A stretch of DNA of 64,000 nucleotides from Leptolyngbyaceae cyanobacterium (GTDB lineage: Bacteria > Cyanobacteriota > Cyanobacteriia > Phormidesmidales > Phormidesmidaceae): positions 576,001-640,000 of the forward strand of contig CBDHHL010000032.1 of assembly GCA_965263355.1 (NCBI GenBank), read 5' to 3'. The notes under the pieces were generated by a model. The model made no database searches, was not told the DNA's origin, and saw only the letters and a program-made list of their open reading frames with translations. Made by a program: the position numbers and the translations under genes. This document shows, piece by piece, positions 61,762 through 64,000 of this stretch. How positions within the stretch are numbered: position 1 is the stretch's first letter; every line of letters begins with the position of its first letter.

Positions 61762-63060
61762 ATGGCAACCAAGAAGCATGGCCTGATTCTGGGTGCAGCA
61801 GCTTTGGCAAGTATGGCCGTTGTTGTTGCAGGAACAAACATTCACTGGTCTCAAAGTCAGGCATTCTTTAGAGAGAGCCCTAAAGAGGTAATTGATGAAG
61901 TTTGGCAGCTAATCGATCATGAATATGTTGATGAAACATTTAATGATCAGGACTGGCAAGCAATCCGTACTAATTATTTAAATCGCGACTACATTGACAG
62001 CAGTGCTGCCTACGAAGCTATTCGTGAAATGTTGGATACCTTGGAGGATCCCTACACGCGCTTCATGGATCCCCAAGAGTTTCGCAACATGCAAATTGAT
62101 ACTTCCGGTGAACTCACAGGTGTCGGTATTCAAATTTCTCAGGACGAGGAAACAGAGGAGATTGTAGTGGTTTCTCCAATTGAGGATACACCGGCCTTTG
62201 AAGCTGGCATTCGATCTGGGGACATTATTATAGGGATTGATAGCGAGACCACTGAAGGCATGGACCTAAGCGATGCTGTTAATTTAATCCGAGGTCCCGT
62301 TAATTCTGAGGTGACGTTGACCGTATTGCGGGACGAGGAAGAGATCAATTTCGACTTGATTCGGGCTCGGATTGAAATTCATCCTGTACGCTACGCCTAT
62401 CATCCCGAACAGGAAGGGGGTGTAGGATATATTCGTTTGACCCAGTTTAGTGCCAATGCAGCAACAGAGATGCGCGAAGCCATTCAAGAACTAGAGCTTC
62501 GCGATGTGACTGGCTATATCTTAGACTTGCGCTCTAATCCTGGTGGCTTGCTCTACTCCAGTATTGATATTTCTCGCATGTGGTTGAGCGCAGGCACCAT
62601 TGTATCCACTGTTAACCGCGAGGGTACCGTGGATGAAAATGTAGCTAGCGATCGCGCCTTAACTGATAAACCGTTAGTGGTATTAGTCGATGGTGGTTCT
62701 GCCAGCGCCAGTGAAATTCTATCAGGGGCACTACAGGACAATAACCGAGCGGTGCTGGTGGGGACAACGACCTTTGGAAAAGGGCTGGTACAGTCAGTAC
62801 GAGGTCTAGGCGATGGTTCAGGCATTGCGGTAACCATTGCCAAGTACCTAACGCCTAGCGGTCGAGACATTAATACTCTGGGCATCGAACCCGACTTTAT
62901 CGTAGAACTCACCGATGAAGAACGGGAGTATCTGAGTGAAGATCGCGAGCGTATTGGTACGACAGAAGATCCACAATACGCCAAGGCCATTGAGGTCCTT
63001 AATGATGTGATTCGAGGGCAGCGTGAAGCGGCCAGTGTTGGCGCAGTTTTGGTCAACTAA
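61762..63060 (+). CDS. Carboxyl-terminal processing protease (S41, CtpA family)
   Basis: DPYTRF, PDZ domain, LDLRSNPGG, SASASEI and TFGKG. Confidence 0.93.
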   Translation: MATKKHGLILGAAALASMAVVVAGTNIHWSQSQAFFRESPKEVIDEVWQLIDHEYVDETFNDQDWQAIRTNYLNRDYIDSSAAYEAIREMLDTLEDPYTRFMDPQEFRNMQIDTSGELTGVGIQISQDEETEEIVVVSPIEDTPAFEAGIRSGDIIIGIDSETTEGMDLSDAVNLIRGPVNSEVTLTVLRDEEEINFDLIRARIEIHPVRYAYHPEQEGGVGYIRLTQFSANAATEMREAIQELELRDVTGYILDLRSNPGGLLYSSIDISRMWLSAGTIVSTVNREGTVDENVASDRALTDKPLVVLVDGGSASASEILSGALQDNNRAVLVGTTTFGKGLVQSVRGLGDGSGIAVTIAKYLTPSGRDINTLGIEPDFIVELTDEEREYLSEDRERIGTTEDPQYAKAIEVLNDVIRGQREAASVGAVLVN

Positions 63061-63071
63061 TTCACTTAAAG

Positions 63072-63284
63072 TTACTTGGGTAAACATTTGCCAGCCCGAA
63101 TCAGACCTACTCGTTTAGCAATCGCTTCGGCACGGCTGGTAAATGGCCCCCAGATATTTGAATTTTCTGTAACCTGGGCCATTTCAGTTTGACTAAAGAT
63201 TTCACAATGACCACCTGCTTGTTGGACAACGTGCCAGGATTTTTTTGTTTGAGTTGCTTCGGTGTTGTCTATTTCAGCAGTCAT
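63072..63284 (-). CDS. Small conserved cyanobacterial hypothetical protein
   Basis: WGPF.SRAEAIAKRVGLIRAGKC motif; co-oriented with and adjacent to pgsA. Confidence 0.7.
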   Translation of the reverse strand: MTAEIDNTEATQTKKSWHVVQQAGGHCEIFSQTEMAQVTENSNIWGPFTSRAEAIAKRVGLIRAGKCLPK

Positions 63285-63288
63285 GGGA

Positions 63289-63807
63289 TCAGGTAGCTTG
63301 AGACGCGGTTAAATAAATTAGACCAGACCACAATGTCAGTAGTACAGCCAGCCAAAACAGCCCTAGGGCCACTAGAGGATAACTTTGGGATAGAGGAGAC
63401 ATGAGGACTGCGATCGCACCAATTTGCACGACTGTCTTGGCTTTCCCCCATAAGTTGGCCCCCACAATCTTAGTTTGACCAACCCGCCAACCTGCAATGG
63501 TCAGCTCCCGAGCCAAAATCAAGAATACTCCCCATGCAGGCACTGTTCCTAGCTGCACCAACATTATTAGTGGTGCTAGCACCAGCAGCTTATCCACTAG
63601 AGGATCCAAGAATTTTCCCAAATCCGTCACCTGATTCAACCGTCTGGCCAAATAGCCATCCAACCAATCGGTACAGGCTGCCAGCAAAAAGACAGCCACT
63701 GCCCACCAACAACGAGGAACTGAAGGATTAGCCAACAGCATAAACAACGACGGAATTGCCATTAGGCGTGACACCGTAATCCATGTAGGTAAATTCATGG
63801 AGTTCAT
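63289..63807 (-). CDS. pgsA: CDP-diacylglycerol--glycerol-3-phosphate 3-phosphatidyltransferase
   Basis: NLPTWITVSR and DWLDGYLARR...GKFLDPLVDK. Confidence 0.95.
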   Translation of the reverse strand: MNSMNLPTWITVSRLMAIPSLFMLLANPSVPRCWWAVAVFLLAACTDWLDGYLARRLNQVTDLGKFLDPLVDKLLVLAPLIMLVQLGTVPAWGVFLILARELTIAGWRVGQTKIVGANLWGKAKTVVQIGAIAVLMSPLSQSYPLVALGLFWLAVLLTLWSGLIYLTASQAT

Positions 63808-64000
63808 CGATAGCTAATGTGCTCTTCCCGATAGTTAGGCGGCTCTACATGGATGGTAACCCGAATTGGACCAAAGGCCTGCTCCAACGTTTGCTCAACA
63901 ACTTCAGTAATATCATGGGCACTGACCACATCCTTGGGCTCCACAATCAAATGCATATCAATAAATACCTGCCGTCCCAATACCCCCCGTGAAGCAATAC
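63804..64000 (-). CDS. CDF transporter C-terminal dimerisation domain (partial, runs off the window)
   Basis: Manual translation IASRGVLGRQVFIDMHLIVEPKDVVSAHDITEVVE...VTIHVEP; its TGA overlaps the pgsA ATG. Confidence 0.8.
   Translation of the reverse strand, partial: IASRGVLGRQVFIDMHLIVEPKDVVSAHDITEVVEQTLEQAFGPIRVTIHVEPPNYREEHISYR

Overview
Chromosomal window from a cyanobacterium. The GCGATCGC (HIP1) octamers and the pcxA, ycf34 and hps genes fit a filamentous Leptolyngbya/Leptothoe-like organism; the genus is my inference. Core genes include pcxA, two NDH-2, an Sfp-type PPTase, apt, an ABC-F ATPase, class II nrdJ with upstream NrdR-like boxes, htpG, rpmB, a CC-adding-type tRNA nucleotidyltransferase, ycf34, lysC, ispG, a C-terminal protease and pgsA. 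A hormogonium-polysaccharide/gliding locus spans 31-48 kb: an hpsE-like and three other glycosyltransferases, two sulfotransferases in an AT-rich block, a frameshifted hpsA and four pseudopilins. Accessory genes are a Dam-type methylase, a single-chain MNT-HEPN toxin-antitoxin fusion, an M23 peptidase with an RHH-like N-terminus behind a 27-bp hairpin tandem array, an orphan DUF932 gene, two broken RTX-like paralogues, a PstS-like protein paired with a histidine kinase, and an orphan shortened GvpN-like ATPase. The most striking non-coding signal is a 71-74 bp TA-bounded hairpin element present three times (51269, 56386, 59461), each in a divergent intergenic region about 40-46 nt from a start codon. 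There are also GTAG-type REP palindromes and a 105-bp MITE-like element nested in a REP doublet. Several frameshifts (apt, hpsA, RTX gene) may be assembly indels. I saw no rRNA, tRNA, CRISPR array or transposase. All calls are by eye; no database was searched.
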